Below, one piece after another: positions 34,778 through 46,587 of a stretch of 64,000 bases of DNA (position 1 is its first letter; the number at the start of each line of letters is the position of its first letter). The stretch comes from an uncultured Acidobacteriota bacterium (GTDB lineage Bacteria; Acidobacteriota; Terriglobia; Acidiferrales; UBA7541). Where the stretch lies: contig CAWEVR010000006.1 of NCBI GenBank assembly GCA_963812565.1, positions 216,199-280,198 of the forward strand, written 5' to 3'. The notes beneath the pieces were generated by a model. It had not been told where the DNA came from. It searched no databases and saw nothing but the letters and a program-made list of their open reading frames with translations. The position numbers were made by a program, and so were the translations under genes.

Positions 34778-35161
34778 GTGCCGACGTTTTCGCAACTCGT
34801 GAAGTACGGCCGTGAAAAAATTCGGTCGAAGACGAAGTCGCCCGCACTCGAAGGATGTCCGGAAAAGCGCGGCGTGTGCGTCCGCGTCTATACCCAGACG
34901 CCGAAGAAACCGAACTCCGCTCTGCGGAAAGTGGCGCGCGCACGGCTGACGAACAGCGCCGAAGTAACGACCTACATTCCCGGCATCGGCCACAATTTGC
35001 AGGAGCACTCGATCGTGCTCGTGCGCGGCGGCCGCGTGAAGGATTTGCCGGGCGTTCGCTACCACGTGATTCGCGGCACGCTGGACGCCGCGGGCGTGGA
35101 AAATCGCAAGCAAGCGCGCTCGAAATACGGAGCGAAGCGGCCCAAAGCCGCACAAAAGTAG
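34778..35161 (+). CDS. rpsL: 30S ribosomal protein S12
   Basis: GTG start with GGAGG 7 nt upstream. [13 protein letters not shown]...[16 protein letters not shown]...[13 protein letters not shown]. Confidence 0.95.
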   Translation: MPTFSQLVKYGREKIRSKTKSPALEGCPEKRGVCVRVYTQTPKKPNSALRKVARARLTNSAEVTTYIPGIGHNLQEHSIVLVRGGRVKDLPGVRYHVIRGTLDAAGVENRKQARSKYGAKRPKAAQK

Positions 35162-35173
35162 GAGAGCGGAACG

Positions 35174-35644
35174 ATGCCTCGTAAAGGATGGGTTCTTCGC
35201 CGAAAGATTCCCGGCGATCCGGTGTACGGCAGCGATCTGGTGCAGAAGTTCATTTCCAGCATGATGTACGACGGAAAGCGTTCGACCGCGCAGGCCATTT
35301 TCTACCAGGCGATGGATCAAGTGGCGAAAAAGGCGAATGACGACGCTTTCAAATTGTTCAAGAAGGCTGTGGAGAATTGCAAGCCGGTTCTCGAAGTGAA
35401 GTCGCGACGCGTGGGCGGCGCGAACTATCAGGTCCCCGTGGAAGTGAACCCGTTCCGGAGGCAATCGCTGGCGATTCACTGGCTGGTGCTCTACGCCCGG
35501 ACGCGCGGGGGAAAGACGATGACCGATAAGTTGGCCGAAGAAATTCTGGATGCCGCGAACGGCCGCGGCGGCGCAGTGAAAAAGAAGGAGGACGTGCACC
35601 GCATGGCGGAGGCCAACAAGGCTTTCGCGCATTATCGCTGGTAA
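35174..35644 (+). CDS. rpsG: 30S ribosomal protein S7
   Basis: [26 protein letters not shown]...[17 protein letters not shown]. Confidence 0.95.
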   Translation: MPRKGWVLRRKIPGDPVYGSDLVQKFISSMMYDGKRSTAQAIFYQAMDQVAKKANDDAFKLFKKAVENCKPVLEVKSRRVGGANYQVPVEVNPFRRQSLAIHWLVLYARTRGGKTMTDKLAEEILDAANGRGGAVKKKEDVHRMAEANKAFAHYRW

Positions 35645-35657
35645 GCAAAAATTTTTT

Positions 35658-37925
35658 ATGGCACGCCAAGTCCAACTCGATCAGACCCGCAACATCGGGA
35701 TCATGGCGCACATCGATGCCGGCAAGACCACGTGCACCGAGCGGATCCTGTTCTATACGGGTGTGACCTATAAGATCGGCGAAGTCCACGACGGCACGGC
35801 CACCATGGACTGGATGGAGCAGGAGCGCGAGCGGGGAATCACGATTACATCCGCGGCGACGACAGCTTCCTGGAAGCGGTTTGACAAGATGATCCGCATC
35901 AATATTATCGATACGCCCGGGCACGTGGACTTCACCGTCGAGGTCGAGCGATCGCTTCGGGTTCTCGACGGCGCCGTGGCGATCTTTGACGCCGTGGCCG
36001 GCGTTCAGCCGCAGTCGGAGACCGTCTGGCGCCAGGCAGACAAGTACCGCGTTCCGCGCATTGCCTTCATCAACAAGATGGACCGCATCGGCGCTGATTT
36101 CGATCATTCGATCCGCTCGATGCGCACGCGGCTTTCGGCCCACCCCGTTCCCATTCAGTTTCCCATCGGCAAAGAAGACAGCTTCATCGGCGTGATTGAT
36201 TTCATCGAAGAGCGGGCCATCATCTGGAAGGAAGAGACGCTCGGCGCGGAGTACGAAATTCTTCCGCTCGAAAAACTTTGGGATGTGGCGTATCTGAAGA
36301 CCCGGCCCGAGCTCGAGACGGCGGTGATGGCTTCGAAATTGACGCCGGCGTTTTATAAGGAGCACCGCGACAAGGTGGTGGAATACATTGCCGAGCACGA
36401 TGACGCGATTTTGGCAAAGTGGCTCGAACAGCACACGCTCGAGCCGGCTGAACTGCGCGCCTCGATTCGCCGCTCGACGATCGCGCTGAAGCTCGTTCCC
36501 GTGGTTGCGGGCTCGGCGTTCAAGAACAAAGGCATTCAGCCGTTGCTCGACGCGATTGTGGACTTCCTGCCTTCGCCGGTGGATGTGCCGCCCGTGGAAG
36601 GGCTGGACCCGAACAACGAAGACGAAGCGCTTCTGCGACGCGCGTCGGACGATCAGCCGTTTGCGGCCCTGGCGTTCAAGATTATGACCGACCCTTATGT
36701 CGGACACCTGACGTACATCCGCGTTTATTCCGGGGTGCTGAAGTCCGGGAATTCGGTTTACAACTCGTCGAGGAAAACGCGCGAGCGCGTCGGGCGCTTG
36801 CTGCGAATGCATGCGAATAAGCGCGAGGAAATCGAATCGATCGAAGCCGGCGACATCGCCGCGTGCGTGGGCCTTAAGAATGTGACGACCGGCGACACGC
36901 TTTGTGATGAAGACAAGCCGATCGTCCTTGAATCGATTGAATTTCCCGCCCCCGTAATTTCCGTAGCGATTGAACCCAAGACCAAAGCCGACCAGGAAAA
37001 AATGGGCACTGCGCTGGGAAAACTCGCGCAGGAAGATCCCACGTTCCGCGTACACACGGACCACGATACGGGTCAAACGCTGATTTCCGGAATGGGCGAG
37101 CTGCACCTGGAAATTATCGTGGACCGCATGATGCGCGAGTTCAACGTGCAGGCGAACGTCGGCCGCCCACAGGTGGCGTACCGCGAAACGATCATGAAAG
37201 TCGCGAGCGGAGAAGGGAAATATATCCGCCAGACCGGCGGACGCGGCCAGTACGGCCACGCTAAGCTTTCCGTTCATCCGCTGCCGAGCGCGACGCATGA
37301 AGACATGCACGAAATGTCCACCGACGAAATCGACGCGCTGGCGAAACAAGTGGCCGGCAAGGGCGGCAAGTGGCACTTCGACAAGGAGCATCGCCTGCTG
37401 TTCATCGACAAGGTGATCGGCGGTTCGATCCCCAAGGAATTTATCCAGCCGATTGAGAATGGTGTGCGGGAAGCGATGGAAACAGGCATTCTCGCGGGCT
37501 ACGAAATGGTGGATATCGCAGTCGTTCTCGAAGACGGCAGCTACCACGACGTGGACAGTTCGGAAATGGCCTTCAAGATTGCGGGGTCGATGGCGTTCAA
37601 GGATGCGTGTCATCACGCGAATCCGAGACTGCTCGAGCCGATCATGCGCGTGGAAGTGGTGGTGCCCGAGGACTACATGGGACCTGTGATCGCGGACCTG
37701 AATTCGCGCCGCGGGCAGTTGCAAGGACGCGAATCGCGCGGCGGCAGCGAAATCATCAACGTTCAAGTTCCCCTAGCCGAGATGTTCGGGTACGCCACGG
37801 AAATCCGCAGCCGCACGCAAGGGCGCGGAAGCTTTACGATGCATTTTTCGCATTATCAGCAAGCACCGGCGGGGGTCGCCGAGGAAGTCATTGGGAAAGC
37901 GACCGGCAGGACCGTCAAGACGTAG
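35658..37925 (+). CDS. fusA: Elongation factor G (755 aa, longer than usual)
   Basis: [28 protein letters not shown], and GGRGQYGH ... GGSIPKEF with extra residues between them. Confidence 0.95.
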   Translation: MARQVQLDQTRNIGIMAHIDAGKTTCTERILFYTGVTYKIGEVHDGTATMDWMEQERERGITITSAATTASWKRFDKMIRINIIDTPGHVDFTVEVERSLRVLDGAVAIFDAVAGVQPQSETVWRQADKYRVPRIAFINKMDRIGADFDHSIRSMRTRLSAHPVPIQFPIGKEDSFIGVIDFIEERAIIWKEETLGAEYEILPLEKLWDVAYLKTRPELETAVMASKLTPAFYKEHRDKVVEYIAEHDDAILAKWLEQHTLEPAELRASIRRSTIALKLVPVVAGSAFKNKGIQPLLDAIVDFLPSPVDVPPVEGLDPNNEDEALLRRASDDQPFAALAFKIMTDPYVGHLTYIRVYSGVLKSGNSVYNSSRKTRERVGRLLRMHANKREEIESIEAGDIAACVGLKNVTTGDTLCDEDKPIVLESIEFPAPVISVAIEPKTKADQEKMGTALGKLAQEDPTFRVHTDHDTGQTLISGMGELHLEIIVDRMMREFNVQANVGRPQVAYRETIMKVASGEGKYIRQTGGRGQYGHAKLSVHPLPSATHEDMHEMSTDEIDALAKQVAGKGGKWHFDKEHRLLFIDKVIGGSIPKEFIQPIENGVREAMETGILAGYEMVDIAVVLEDGSYHDVDSSEMAFKIAGSMAFKDACHHANPRLLEPIMRVEVVVPEDYMGPVIADLNSRRGQLQGRESRGGSEIINVQVPLAEMFGYATEIRSRTQGRGSFTMHFSHYQQAPAGVAEEVIGKATGRTVKT

Positions 37926-37969
37926 GGAAAACATTCAATCGAGCACGCTGAAGCTGAGGAGCAAGGACG

Positions 37970-39157
<1,188 letters not shown>

Positions 39158-39160
39158 ACC

Positions 39161-39496
39161 ATGCCTAACGGAGAAAAAATTCGGATTCGTTTGAAGGCTT
39201 ACGATCACCGCATCCTCGACCAATCCACGAAAGAGATTGTCGATACGGCGAAACGCACCGGCGCGGAAGTGGCCGGACCGATTCCTCTGCCGACGGTGAT
39301 TAACCGTTGGACCGTACTGCGGTCGCCACACGTGGACAAAAAATCGCGCGAGCAATTCGAGATGCGCACGCACAAGCGGTTGATCGACATCCTCGAGCCA
39401 ACGCCGGATACGGTGGACGCGCTGATGAAGCTGGACCTCCCGCCGGGCGTGGATGTGGAGATCAAAGCTTTTGGGCGGGAACACACAACGAAGTAG
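39161..39496 (+). CDS. rpsJ: 30S ribosomal protein S10
   Basis: [29 protein letters not shown]...PLPT...[17 protein letters not shown]. Confidence 0.95.
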   Translation: MPNGEKIRIRLKAYDHRILDQSTKEIVDTAKRTGAEVAGPIPLPTVINRWTVLRSPHVDKKSREQFEMRTHKRLIDILEPTPDTVDALMKLDLPPGVDVEIKAFGREHTTK

Positions 39497-39538
39497 TACG
39501 GCGTTTCGAAAGAAATTGAGAAGGAAAGAGCGAACGAA

Positions 39539-40180
39539 ATGGGAGTCAGCGGCATACTCGGAATCAAGCTGGGAATGACGCAGGTTTTTGCCGAGGACGG
39601 AACCGCCGTGCCCTGCACGGTGTTGCAAGCGGGCCCCTGTGTTGTGGTGCAGCGGCGCACGAAAGACAACGACGGATACGACGCGGTGCAGCTGGGACTC
39701 GTCGAGTTCATCAAGCCGCAGCGCGTCAACAAAGCCATGACCGGCCATTTCAAGAAGGCCAGCGTGGCGCCGATGCGATACGTCCATGAGGTCGGAATCG
39801 AAGACTCAAAGGATGAGACGAAGCCGGGCGACCGCGTCCTCGTGGACGGATTCAAGGTCGGCGAGCTCGTGGATGTCACAGGCGTCAGCAAAGGCAAAGG
39901 GTTTCAAGGCGGGGTGAAGCGCTGGCATTACCGTGGCGGCGACGCGTCGCACGGTTCGATGTTCCATCGCGCACCCGGCGGCATCGGCGGAAGCTCGTTT
40001 CCGTCGCGCGTTTGGCTCGGCCAGCATTTCCCGGGGCACATGGGAAATGAGCGCAAGACGTCGAAAAATTTGCGCGTGGTGAAAATCGATTCGGAAGAGA
40101 ATTTGCTGTTGGTACGCGGCGCGGTACCCGGCCCTGCCGGCGCCTATATCTTCATTCGCAAGGCCAAGACGGCCCGATAA
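39539..40180 (+). CDS. rplC: 50S ribosomal protein L3
   Basis: [13 protein letters not shown]...[11 protein letters not shown]...[12 protein letters not shown]. Confidence 0.95.
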   Translation: MGVSGILGIKLGMTQVFAEDGTAVPCTVLQAGPCVVVQRRTKDNDGYDAVQLGLVEFIKPQRVNKAMTGHFKKASVAPMRYVHEVGIEDSKDETKPGDRVLVDGFKVGELVDVTGVSKGKGFQGGVKRWHYRGGDASHGSMFHRAPGGIGGSSFPSRVWLGQHFPGHMGNERKTSKNLRVVKIDSEENLLLVRGAVPGPAGAYIFIRKAKTAR

Positions 40181-40193
40181 AGAGAAGACGACA

Positions 40194-41009
40194 ATGCCCG
40201 TAGTGGACGTGAAAAACCTGGAAGGCGAGACGATCGGCAAGATCGAGCTTGCCGACGATGTGTTTGGCGCGAAGGTGAATGCTCACCTGCTGCACGAAGC
40301 CGTTCGCCACACTCTCGCGGGCAAGCACGCCGGAACGCACAAGACGAAGGACAAGAGCGAAGTCAGCGGCGCGGGCCGCAAACTGTGGAAGCAGAAGGGA
40401 ACCGGCCGCGCGCGAGTCGGATCAATCCGCTCGCCGCTCTGGCGCCATGGTGGAACGGTGCACGGCCCGGTCCCGCGAAGCTACGACTACGCGCTGCCGA
40501 AGAAAATGATCGTGGGCGCTCTGCGCTCGGCGCTTTCCGCAAAGCTGGCGCAGGAGAAAATGACGGTGGTGGACGTCTGGAAGCTCGAATCGCACAAGAC
40601 GAAGCCCTTCCGCCTGACGCTCGACAAGCTCGACGGCGAGACGCGCTCAATCCTGCTGGTGGAAAGCGGCGCGAATTTGAATCTGGAGCGGGCGAGCCGC
40701 AATCTCGAAGGTGTGACGCTGGTGCCGACAACCGCTCTCGGGCCGTATGACCTGATGCGGCACGACCACCTGATGCTTTCGCGTGAAGCCGCCGCGAAGT
40801 TGAGCCGCGCGCTTTCTGCGGAAGCGCCGGGAGAGCCGCCCGTGCAGATCGAGCCGGCTCCGGCCGTGCACGCGAAAAAAGCGCCGGCAGAGAAGGCCGA
40901 GCATAAAGCGGCTCCGGCGAAAGCGCATGCCGCGGCGAAACCGGCCAAAAAGGTCGCCGCAAAAAAGAAAGAAAAGCCGAAGGCAAAGCACAAGGCGAAG
41001 AAGGATTAA
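40194..41009 (+). CDS. rplD: 50S ribosomal protein L4 with a ~65-aa Lys/Ala/Pro-rich C-terminal tail
   Basis: RKLWKQKGTGRARVGSIRSPLWRHGG core. The tail reads ...KKAPAEKAEHKAAPAKAHAAAKPAKKVAAKKKEKPKAKHKAKKD. Confidence 0.95.
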   Translation: MPVVDVKNLEGETIGKIELADDVFGAKVNAHLLHEAVRHTLAGKHAGTHKTKDKSEVSGAGRKLWKQKGTGRARVGSIRSPLWRHGGTVHGPVPRSYDYALPKKMIVGALRSALSAKLAQEKMTVVDVWKLESHKTKPFRLTLDKLDGETRSILLVESGANLNLERASRNLEGVTLVPTTALGPYDLMRHDHLMLSREAAAKLSRALSAEAPGEPPVQIEPAPAVHAKKAPAEKAEHKAAPAKAHAAAKPAKKVAAKKKEKPKAKHKAKKD

Positions 41010-41012
41010 GCG

Positions 41013-41309
41013 ATGGCGACGAGGCTTTATCAAGTGATTAAGCGGCCGATCATCACCGAAAAGGGACTCGGTGTGAAGGAAACGCAGCACACGGTTGTGT
41101 TCGAAGTCGCCGATGACGCCACGAAAACGGAAATCAAGGAAGCAGTGCAACTGATTTTCAAGGTGAAAGTGGACGCCGTGCGCACCGCGAAGTTTCACGG
41201 GAAGTTTCGCAGGCGAGGGCGCGCCGAGGGTTTCCGGCGCGACTGGAAAAAGGCCTACGTCAAGCTGTCAAAAGATTCGAAGATGATCGAGTATGCCGAG
41301 AATTTGTAA
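41013..41309 (+). CDS. rplW: 50S ribosomal protein L23
   Basis: LYQVIKRPIITEKG...VVFEVADDATKTEIKEAVQLIFKVKV. Confidence 0.95.
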   Translation: MATRLYQVIKRPIITEKGLGVKETQHTVVFEVADDATKTEIKEAVQLIFKVKVDAVRTAKFHGKFRRRGRAEGFRRDWKKAYVKLSKDSKMIEYAENL

Positions 41310-41375
41310 CTTTGACCTTGTAACTTTGGGAAAGGTCGAGGGGCGGCGGCGCTCTCTCGACGGCAAGAGGCAACC

Positions 41376-42197
41376 ATGGGACTGAAATCTTACAAACCGT
41401 ATACGCCTTCGCGGCGATTCATCACCATGCTCGACAAGAGCGAGGTGACCAAAGAAACTCCGGAGAAGTCGCTGACTGAATCGAAGAAGCGAACGGGCGG
41501 GCGCAACTCTCATGGTGAAGTGACCTCCTGGCATCGCGGCGGGGGGCACGCGCGAAAGTACCGCTCGATCGACTTCCGGCGCGACAAAATCGGAATCTCG
41601 GCGAAGGTTGCCGCCATCGAATACGATCCCAACCGGTCGTCGCGAATCGCCTTGCTCCATTATGCGGACGGCGAAAAGCGCTACATCCTGCAGCCCATCG
41701 GGCTCGAGGTGGGGATGACGGTGCAGAACGGCGAGGGTGCGGACATTCTTCCCGGCAACGCGCTGATGATTCGGCATATACCGCCCGGGACAATGGTGCA
41801 CAACCTGGAGCTTTTCCCCGGCAAGGGCGGGCAAGTGGTCCGCGCGGCGGGGGGAGCGGCACAGCTTTTGAGCAAGGAAGGCGATTTTGCCCTGATCAAG
41901 CTGCCCTCGGGCGAAGTTCGGAAGTTCAGCGTGGATTGCATGGCCACAGTCGGCCAGCTCGGAAATGTAGATCACGAAAATGTAACATACGGGAAGGCGG
42001 GCCGCACGCGCTGGCACGGGAAACGCCCCACGGTGCGCGGCGTGGCCATGAACCCGGTGGATCACCCTCACGGCGGCGGTGAAGGCCGCGTGAAGGGCAA
42101 CCACCCGCAAACACCCTGGGGTTTTCCGACTCTGGGCGCGAAGACGCGCAAGAAACGGAAGAGCTCCCGGATGATCGTGGAGCGGCGAAAGCCTTAA
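41376..42197 (+). CDS. rplB: 50S ribosomal protein L2
   Basis: [17 protein letters not shown]...[18 protein letters not shown]. Confidence 0.97.
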   Translation: MGLKSYKPYTPSRRFITMLDKSEVTKETPEKSLTESKKRTGGRNSHGEVTSWHRGGGHARKYRSIDFRRDKIGISAKVAAIEYDPNRSSRIALLHYADGEKRYILQPIGLEVGMTVQNGEGADILPGNALMIRHIPPGTMVHNLELFPGKGGQVVRAAGGAAQLLSKEGDFALIKLPSGEVRKFSVDCMATVGQLGNVDHENVTYGKAGRTRWHGKRPTVRGVAMNPVDHPHGGGEGRVKGNHPQTPWGFPTLGAKTRKKRKSSRMIVERRKP

Positions 42198-42221
42198 GTT
42201 TGGAATGGAGTAGAAGTAAAA

Positions 42222-42560
42222 ATGAACCCGGCGCGGCGGGGAATTGAGAGAAAAGACATGACAGCCACACGAACGTCTCGACGTGCACATCGGCGAGCGG
42301 CACGCAGGCGGAAAGCAGTTCCGCGGCGTGCAACGAAGCCGGTGGTAAAGACCGTCTCGAAGCTCGTGCCCCCACCCCAGGCAATGCTTCGGTTGTGCCG
42401 GGCCGGTTGGGCCGTGATTATCGAGAAGACACCGAACGCGCAGGGGACGCGCTTTGTTTGTCCCTTCTGCCCGCAATCGCACCGCGTTTCGGGCCCCGTC
42501 CGGGGATTCCGAAAGATGCGGCGCGCGCAGTGGGTGAAACTGCGCCGAGTAGAGGAATAG
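42222..42560 (+). CDS. Hypothetical very basic 112-aa protein inserted between rplB and rpsS
   Basis: The ORF fills the 371-nt rplB-rpsS gap. Its stop at 42558-42560 lies 8 nt before the rpsS ATG and is adjacent to the rpsS SD (GGAG). It has an Arg-rich N-terminus and a C-x(26)-CPFC-x3-H pattern. An alternative start is ATG 42258. Confidence 0.45.
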   Translation: MNPARRGIERKDMTATRTSRRAHRRAARRRKAVPRRATKPVVKTVSKLVPPPQAMLRLCRAGWAVIIEKTPNAQGTRFVCPFCPQSHRVSGPVRGFRKMRRAQWVKLRRVEE

Positions 42561-42568
42561 GGAGACCG

Positions 42569-42937
42569 ATGCCGCGCTCGCTCAAGAAGGGTCCGTTCAT
42601 CGACGACCACCTGAGAGAAAAGGTGGAAGGAATGAACGCCCGGAACGAAAAGAAGGTTCTGAAGACGTGGTCGCGCCGCTCGACGATTCTTCCCGAGATG
42701 GTGGGTCACACGATCGCGGTGCACAACGGCAGGAAATTCATCCCGGTGTACATCACCGAGCAGATGGTGGGACACAAACTCGGCGAATTCGCTCCCACGC
42801 GCACGTTCAAGGGCCACGCGGTAAAGGCGGCACTCGAAAGGGCGGCTGCGGCGGCAGGCGTCGCACCGGCTGCAGGGGGCGCAGCGGCTCCAGCGGCAGG
42901 CGGAGGCACCGGCGCGGCTCCGGCGCCCAAGGCATAA
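42569..42937 (+). CDS. rpsS: 30S ribosomal protein S19 with an Ala/Gly/Pro-rich C-terminal tail
   Basis: [12 protein letters not shown]...[22 protein letters not shown]..., then ~30 extra residues ([31 protein letters not shown]). Confidence 0.95.
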   Translation: MPRSLKKGPFIDDHLREKVEGMNARNEKKVLKTWSRRSTILPEMVGHTIAVHNGRKFIPVYITEQMVGHKLGEFAPTRTFKGHAVKAALERAAAAAGVAPAAGGAAAPAAGGGTGAAPAPKA

Positions 42938-42940
42938 ACG

Positions 42941-43450
42941 ATGGCAACGGCAATCCCAGTCCAGAATCAGATCGAAGGAATCGCGAAAGCGCGGTACGTG
43001 CGCGTTTCGCCGCAGAAGGCAAGACTGGTGGTGGACTTGATCCGCGGCCAGCGCGCCGAAGACGCACTTCAAACGCTGCGCTTCACGAAAAAGCGCGTGG
43101 CGAAGGAAGTAGAAAAGACGCTGCGCAGCGCGATTGCCAACGCCGAGCGCAAAGCAGAGGATTCGGGGGAATCGCTGGACGTGGACGCGCTGTTCGTGAC
43201 CCGGTGTTTCGTGAACGAAGGGCCTCGCTGGAAGCGTTTGCGTCCTGCACCGATGGGCCGTGGCTTCCGGTATCAGAAGCGCACGAGCCACATCGTGGTC
43301 GAAGTCGCCGAGCATCACCGCGCCGCAGCCGACCGCGCGGCAGCGGCGGCGGCCGAAGCGCAAGCATCGAAGGGCGTGAAGGGCGCGGTGCGGAAGGCTC
43401 GCAAGGCGCTCGAGAAGCGCGCAAAGTCCGGACAGAAAAAGAAGAAGTAG
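42941..43450 (+). CDS. rplV: 50S ribosomal protein L22 with a ~55-aa Ala/Lys-rich C-terminal tail
   Basis: ARYVRVSPQKARLVVDLIRGQ...GPRWKRLRPAPMGRGFRYQKRTSHI, then AAADRAAAAAAEAQASKGVKGAVRKARKALEKRAKSGQKKKK. Confidence 0.95.
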   Translation: MATAIPVQNQIEGIAKARYVRVSPQKARLVVDLIRGQRAEDALQTLRFTKKRVAKEVEKTLRSAIANAERKAEDSGESLDVDALFVTRCFVNEGPRWKRLRPAPMGRGFRYQKRTSHIVVEVAEHHRAAADRAAAAAAEAQASKGVKGAVRKARKALEKRAKSGQKKKK

Positions 43451-43459
43451 GAGGCGAGT

Positions 43460-44119
43460 TTGGGTCAGAAAACGCATCCGTACGGATTTCGGCTGGGCTA
43501 CAACAAAGCCTGGAAGTCGCGCTGGTTCGCGAAGCGCGATTACGCCGACCTGCTTCATGAAGACGTGGCGCTGCGCGGCCAGTTAAAGGACCGGCTGCGG
43601 TCAGCGGGCGTCAGCTCGATTGACGTGGAGCGCGCCGCCAACAAACTCGTCGTGCGAATCTACACCGCCCGCCCGGGCATCATCATCGGCCGCAAGGGGT
43701 CGGAAATCGACAAGCTCAAGAACGAAGTGCAGAAGCGCACGAAGCGCGAGGTGCACATCGACATTCAGGAAGTCCATCGGCCGGAACTCGACGCGCAACT
43801 CGTGGCGGAATCGATTGCGCTGCAACTGGAAAAGCGCGTGGCCTTCCGCCGGGCGATGCGCAAGGCGGTGGATTCGGCGCTGCGGTTCGGGTGCAAGGGA
43901 ATCAAAGTGCGCGTCGCCGGGCGGCTGAACGGAGCCGAAATCGCGCGGAAGGAATGGTATTTGCAGGGACGGCTGCCGCTGCAGACGCTGCGCGCGGACA
44001 TCGATTACGGGACGGCCGAGGCGCACACAACGTACGGCGTGATTGGCGTGAAGTGCTGGGTTTATCAGGGCGAGAAGATACCGCAGCGCGGGAAGCCCGG
44101 GCCGGAAACGACAGCCTAG
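43460..44119 (+). CDS. rpsC: 30S ribosomal protein S3
   Basis: TTG start. [22 protein letters not shown]...[10 protein letters not shown]. Confidence 0.95.
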   Translation: MGQKTHPYGFRLGYNKAWKSRWFAKRDYADLLHEDVALRGQLKDRLRSAGVSSIDVERAANKLVVRIYTARPGIIIGRKGSEIDKLKNEVQKRTKREVHIDIQEVHRPELDAQLVAESIALQLEKRVAFRRAMRKAVDSALRFGCKGIKVRVAGRLNGAEIARKEWYLQGRLPLQTLRADIDYGTAEAHTTYGVIGVKCWVYQGEKIPQRGKPGPETTA

Positions 44120-44137
44120 GAAAAAAGGCGAACGATT

Positions 44138-44554
44138 ATGTTGATGCCGAAAAAAGTGAAGTACCGCAAGCAGCAGCGCGGGCGGCGCAGCGGAAAAGCC
44201 TGGCGCGGAGGGTCGCTTGCGTTTGGTGAATACGGGTTGAAGGCCATGGAACCGGCGTGGATCACCGACCGCCAAATCGAAGCGTCGCGCGTGGCGATCA
44301 CACGTTTTATCAAGCGCGGAGGGAAACTTTGGATCCGCGTGTTTCCGGACAAGCCGTTTACGAAAAAGCCGGCTGAAACTCGTATGGGCAAGGGAAAGGG
44401 TCCACCGGAGCACTGGGTGGCGGTAGTGAAGCCGGGACGCATCCTTTTCGAAATGGCCGGCGTGGATCTGGCGGCGGCGACCGAAGCGATGGAGCTCGCG
44501 GCAAACAAGCTGCCCATTGCGACGAAGTTCGTCAGCCGTGCGGAGGAGCTGTGA
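44138..44554 (+). CDS. rplP: 50S ribosomal protein L16
   Basis: [16 protein letters not shown]...[24 protein letters not shown]. Confidence 0.95.
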   Translation: MLMPKKVKYRKQQRGRRSGKAWRGGSLAFGEYGLKAMEPAWITDRQIEASRVAITRFIKRGGKLWIRVFPDKPFTKKPAETRMGKGKGPPEHWVAVVKPGRILFEMAGVDLAAATEAMELAANKLPIATKFVSRAEEL

Positions 44555-44757
44555 TGGCGCGGCGCGTGGAGAAACTGCGCGAGTTGGACAAGAATGAGCT
44601 CGAAATCCGGCAGCGCGAACTCGCCGAGCAGATTTTCCGGCTGCGATTTCAGCTTTCTACAGGACAGGCCGAGGGTTTGAAAAAGCTGCGGGAAGCAAAG
44701 CACGATCTGGCGCGGATCAAGACTCTGCTGCGCGAAAACGAATTGGAGAAGGCGTAA
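44554..44757 (+). CDS. rpmC: 50S ribosomal protein L29
   Basis: LRELDKNELEIRQRELAEQIFRLRFQLSTGQ. The ATG overlaps the rplP stop (TGATG). Confidence 0.9.
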   Translation: MARRVEKLRELDKNELEIRQRELAEQIFRLRFQLSTGQAEGLKKLREAKHDLARIKTLLRENELEKA

Positions 44758-45044
44758 TGGTGAACGAAACAGCAGCCGTTCGCGAGCGTGGTGCGCGGCA
44801 GGAGCTCGTGGGCGTGGTGACGAGCGCCAAGATGCAGAAGACGATCGTGGTGAAGGTCACGCGCGCGGTGCAGCATCCGCTCTATCATCGCGTGGTGCGC
44901 ACAGCGAAAAAATACTACGCTCATGATGAAACGGGCGATGCGCACCTGGGCGATACCGTGAGGATCGTTTCCACACGGCCGCTCTCGAAACTGAAGCGGT
45001 GGCGCCTCAAGGAAGTTGTCCAGCGCTCGACGATTGTGGCCTGA
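44757..45044 (+). CDS. rpsQ: 30S ribosomal protein S17
   Basis: LVGVVTSAKMQKTIVVKV...HPLYHRVVRTAKKYYAHDE...GDTVRIVSTRPLSK. The ATG overlaps the rpmC stop (TAATG). Confidence 0.95.
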   Translation: MVNETAAVRERGARQELVGVVTSAKMQKTIVVKVTRAVQHPLYHRVVRTAKKYYAHDETGDAHLGDTVRIVSTRPLSKLKRWRLKEVVQRSTIVA

Positions 45045-45073
45045 GCCCGAAGCGGCGTTAAGGGAGCACGACA

Positions 45074-45442
45074 ATGGTTCAGATGCGGACGTGGCTGACG
45101 GTGGCCGATAATTCCGGCGCACGCCAGTTGACCTGCATTCACCCTCTCGGGGGGGACGCGGGCCTGGTTGCCGGACTCGGCGACGTCATCACCGCTTCGG
45201 TGAAAGAGGCGGCCGCGGACAGCCAGATCAAGAAGGGGACAGTGGTGCGCGCAGTGGTGGTACGGACGCGCAAAGAGCAGCGGCGGAGGGACGGCACGTA
45301 TATCCGTTTCGACGACAACGCTGCGGTGCTGATCAACGACGCGAACGAGCCGGTCGGTACGCGCGTATTTGGGCCGGTTGCGCGGGAGCTGCGCGACAGG
45401 AAATTCACGAAGATCATCTCGCTGGCTCCGGAAGTGTGGTAG
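45074..45442 (+). CDS. rplN: 50S ribosomal protein L14
   Basis: [22 protein letters not shown]...[10 protein letters not shown]. Confidence 0.95.
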   Translation: MVQMRTWLTVADNSGARQLTCIHPLGGDAGLVAGLGDVITASVKEAAADSQIKKGTVVRAVVVRTRKEQRRRDGTYIRFDDNAAVLINDANEPVGTRVFGPVARELRDRKFTKIISLAPEVW

Positions 45443-45444
45443 CG

Positions 45445-45792
45445 ATGAGAGAAACCAAAACAGCAGTGACGCGATTGAACGTGCACCATGGCGACATGGT
45501 CATGATTGTGGCGGGGCGCTCGAAGGGCAAGACCGGGAAAATCCTTTCCGTGAATCCGGCAAAGCGCACCGTGACGGTGGAGCACGCGAACATCATCAAG
45601 AAGCACACGCGGCCGAATCCGTCGAAAAACATCAAGGGCGGCATCCTCGAGAAAGAAGGGCCGGTTCACGTTTCGAACGTGATGCTGGTCTGCCCGGGGT
45701 GCGGCAAGCACGCGCGGGCGGGGCACACGACGTTGCCGGACGGAACCAAGGTCCGCGTTTGCCGCCGCTGCAACACGACATTCGAGAATTAG
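45445..45792 (+). CDS. rplX: 50S ribosomal protein L24
   Basis: [26 protein letters not shown] motif. ATG 45445 is preferred over GTG 45436. Confidence 0.93.
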   Translation: MRETKTAVTRLNVHHGDMVMIVAGRSKGKTGKILSVNPAKRTVTVEHANIIKKHTRPNPSKNIKGGILEKEGPVHVSNVMLVCPGCGKHARAGHTTLPDGTKVRVCRRCNTTFEN

Positions 45793-45805
45793 AGGCCGGA
45801 AAGAA

Positions 45806-46348
45806 ATGATCACCCGTTTGCACGAAAAGTACCGCAAAGAGGCCATGCCGGCGCTGACGAAGCGCTTCGGATACAAGAACGCCATGGCCGTGCCGCGCGT
45901 CGAGAAAGTGACGGTCAATATCGGCCTCGGCGAGGCGAGCCAGAACGTGAAGCTGCTGGACACGGCGGCTGCGGAACTGGGATTAATTACGGGACAGAAG
46001 CCGATCATCACGCGGGCCAAGAAGTCGATTGCCAATTTCAAAATCCGGAGGGGCATGCCGATCGGCTGCATGGTCACGCTGCGCGGGGAGCGGATGTACG
46101 AGTTCCTCGACCGGCTTTCGGCCATCGTTTTTCCGCGCGTGCGCGATTTCAAAGGGTTGGCGCCGAATTCGTTCGACGGCCGCGGCAATTACACGCTGGG
46201 CATAAAGGATCAACTGGTGTTCCCGGAGATCGATTACACGCGGGTGGATAAAATCAAGGGCATGAACGTCACGATTACGACGACGGCCCACACCGATGAA
46301 GAAGGGCGCGAGCTGCTGAAGCTGCTCGGCGTGCCCTTCCGGGCATAA
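45806..46348 (+). CDS. rplE: 50S ribosomal protein L5
   Basis: [21 protein letters not shown]...[20 protein letters not shown]. Confidence 0.95.
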   Translation: MITRLHEKYRKEAMPALTKRFGYKNAMAVPRVEKVTVNIGLGEASQNVKLLDTAAAELGLITGQKPIITRAKKSIANFKIRRGMPIGCMVTLRGERMYEFLDRLSAIVFPRVRDFKGLAPNSFDGRGNYTLGIKDQLVFPEIDYTRVDKIKGMNVTITTTAHTDEEGRELLKLLGVPFRA

Positions 46349-46363
46349 AGGGAGAAAAATCGA

Positions 46364-46549
46364 ATGGCGCGTACGAGCCAGTTCGCGAAGATGCGGAAAA
46401 AGCTGAAGTACAAGATTCGCAATCGCAACCGTTGCCGGATCTGCGGGCGCCCGCGCGGCTTTTTGCGCAAGTTCGAGATGTGCAGGATTTGTTTCCGCGG
46501 CCTCGCGCTCAAGGGGGAAATCCCCGGCGTGGTGAAGGCCAGCTGGTAG
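46364..46549 (+). CDS. rpsN: 30S ribosomal protein S14, type Z (zinc-binding, 61 aa)
   Basis: [22 protein letters not shown] carries two CxxC pairs. Ends in KASW. Confidence 0.95.
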   Translation: MARTSQFAKMRKKLKYKIRNRNRCRICGRPRGFLRKFEMCRICFRGLALKGEIPGVVKASW

Positions 46550-46587
46550 TTTCGGGTTCCGAGGAAAGGCAGAAAAGGTAAGCAAGA

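Noticed and set aside
35358-37766. An 802-aa minus-strand ORF opposite fusA.
   Set aside because: It lies entirely antisense to an unambiguous EF-G gene. The product is Arg/His/Ala-rich low-complexity sequence, typical of shadow ORFs in GC-rich DNA.
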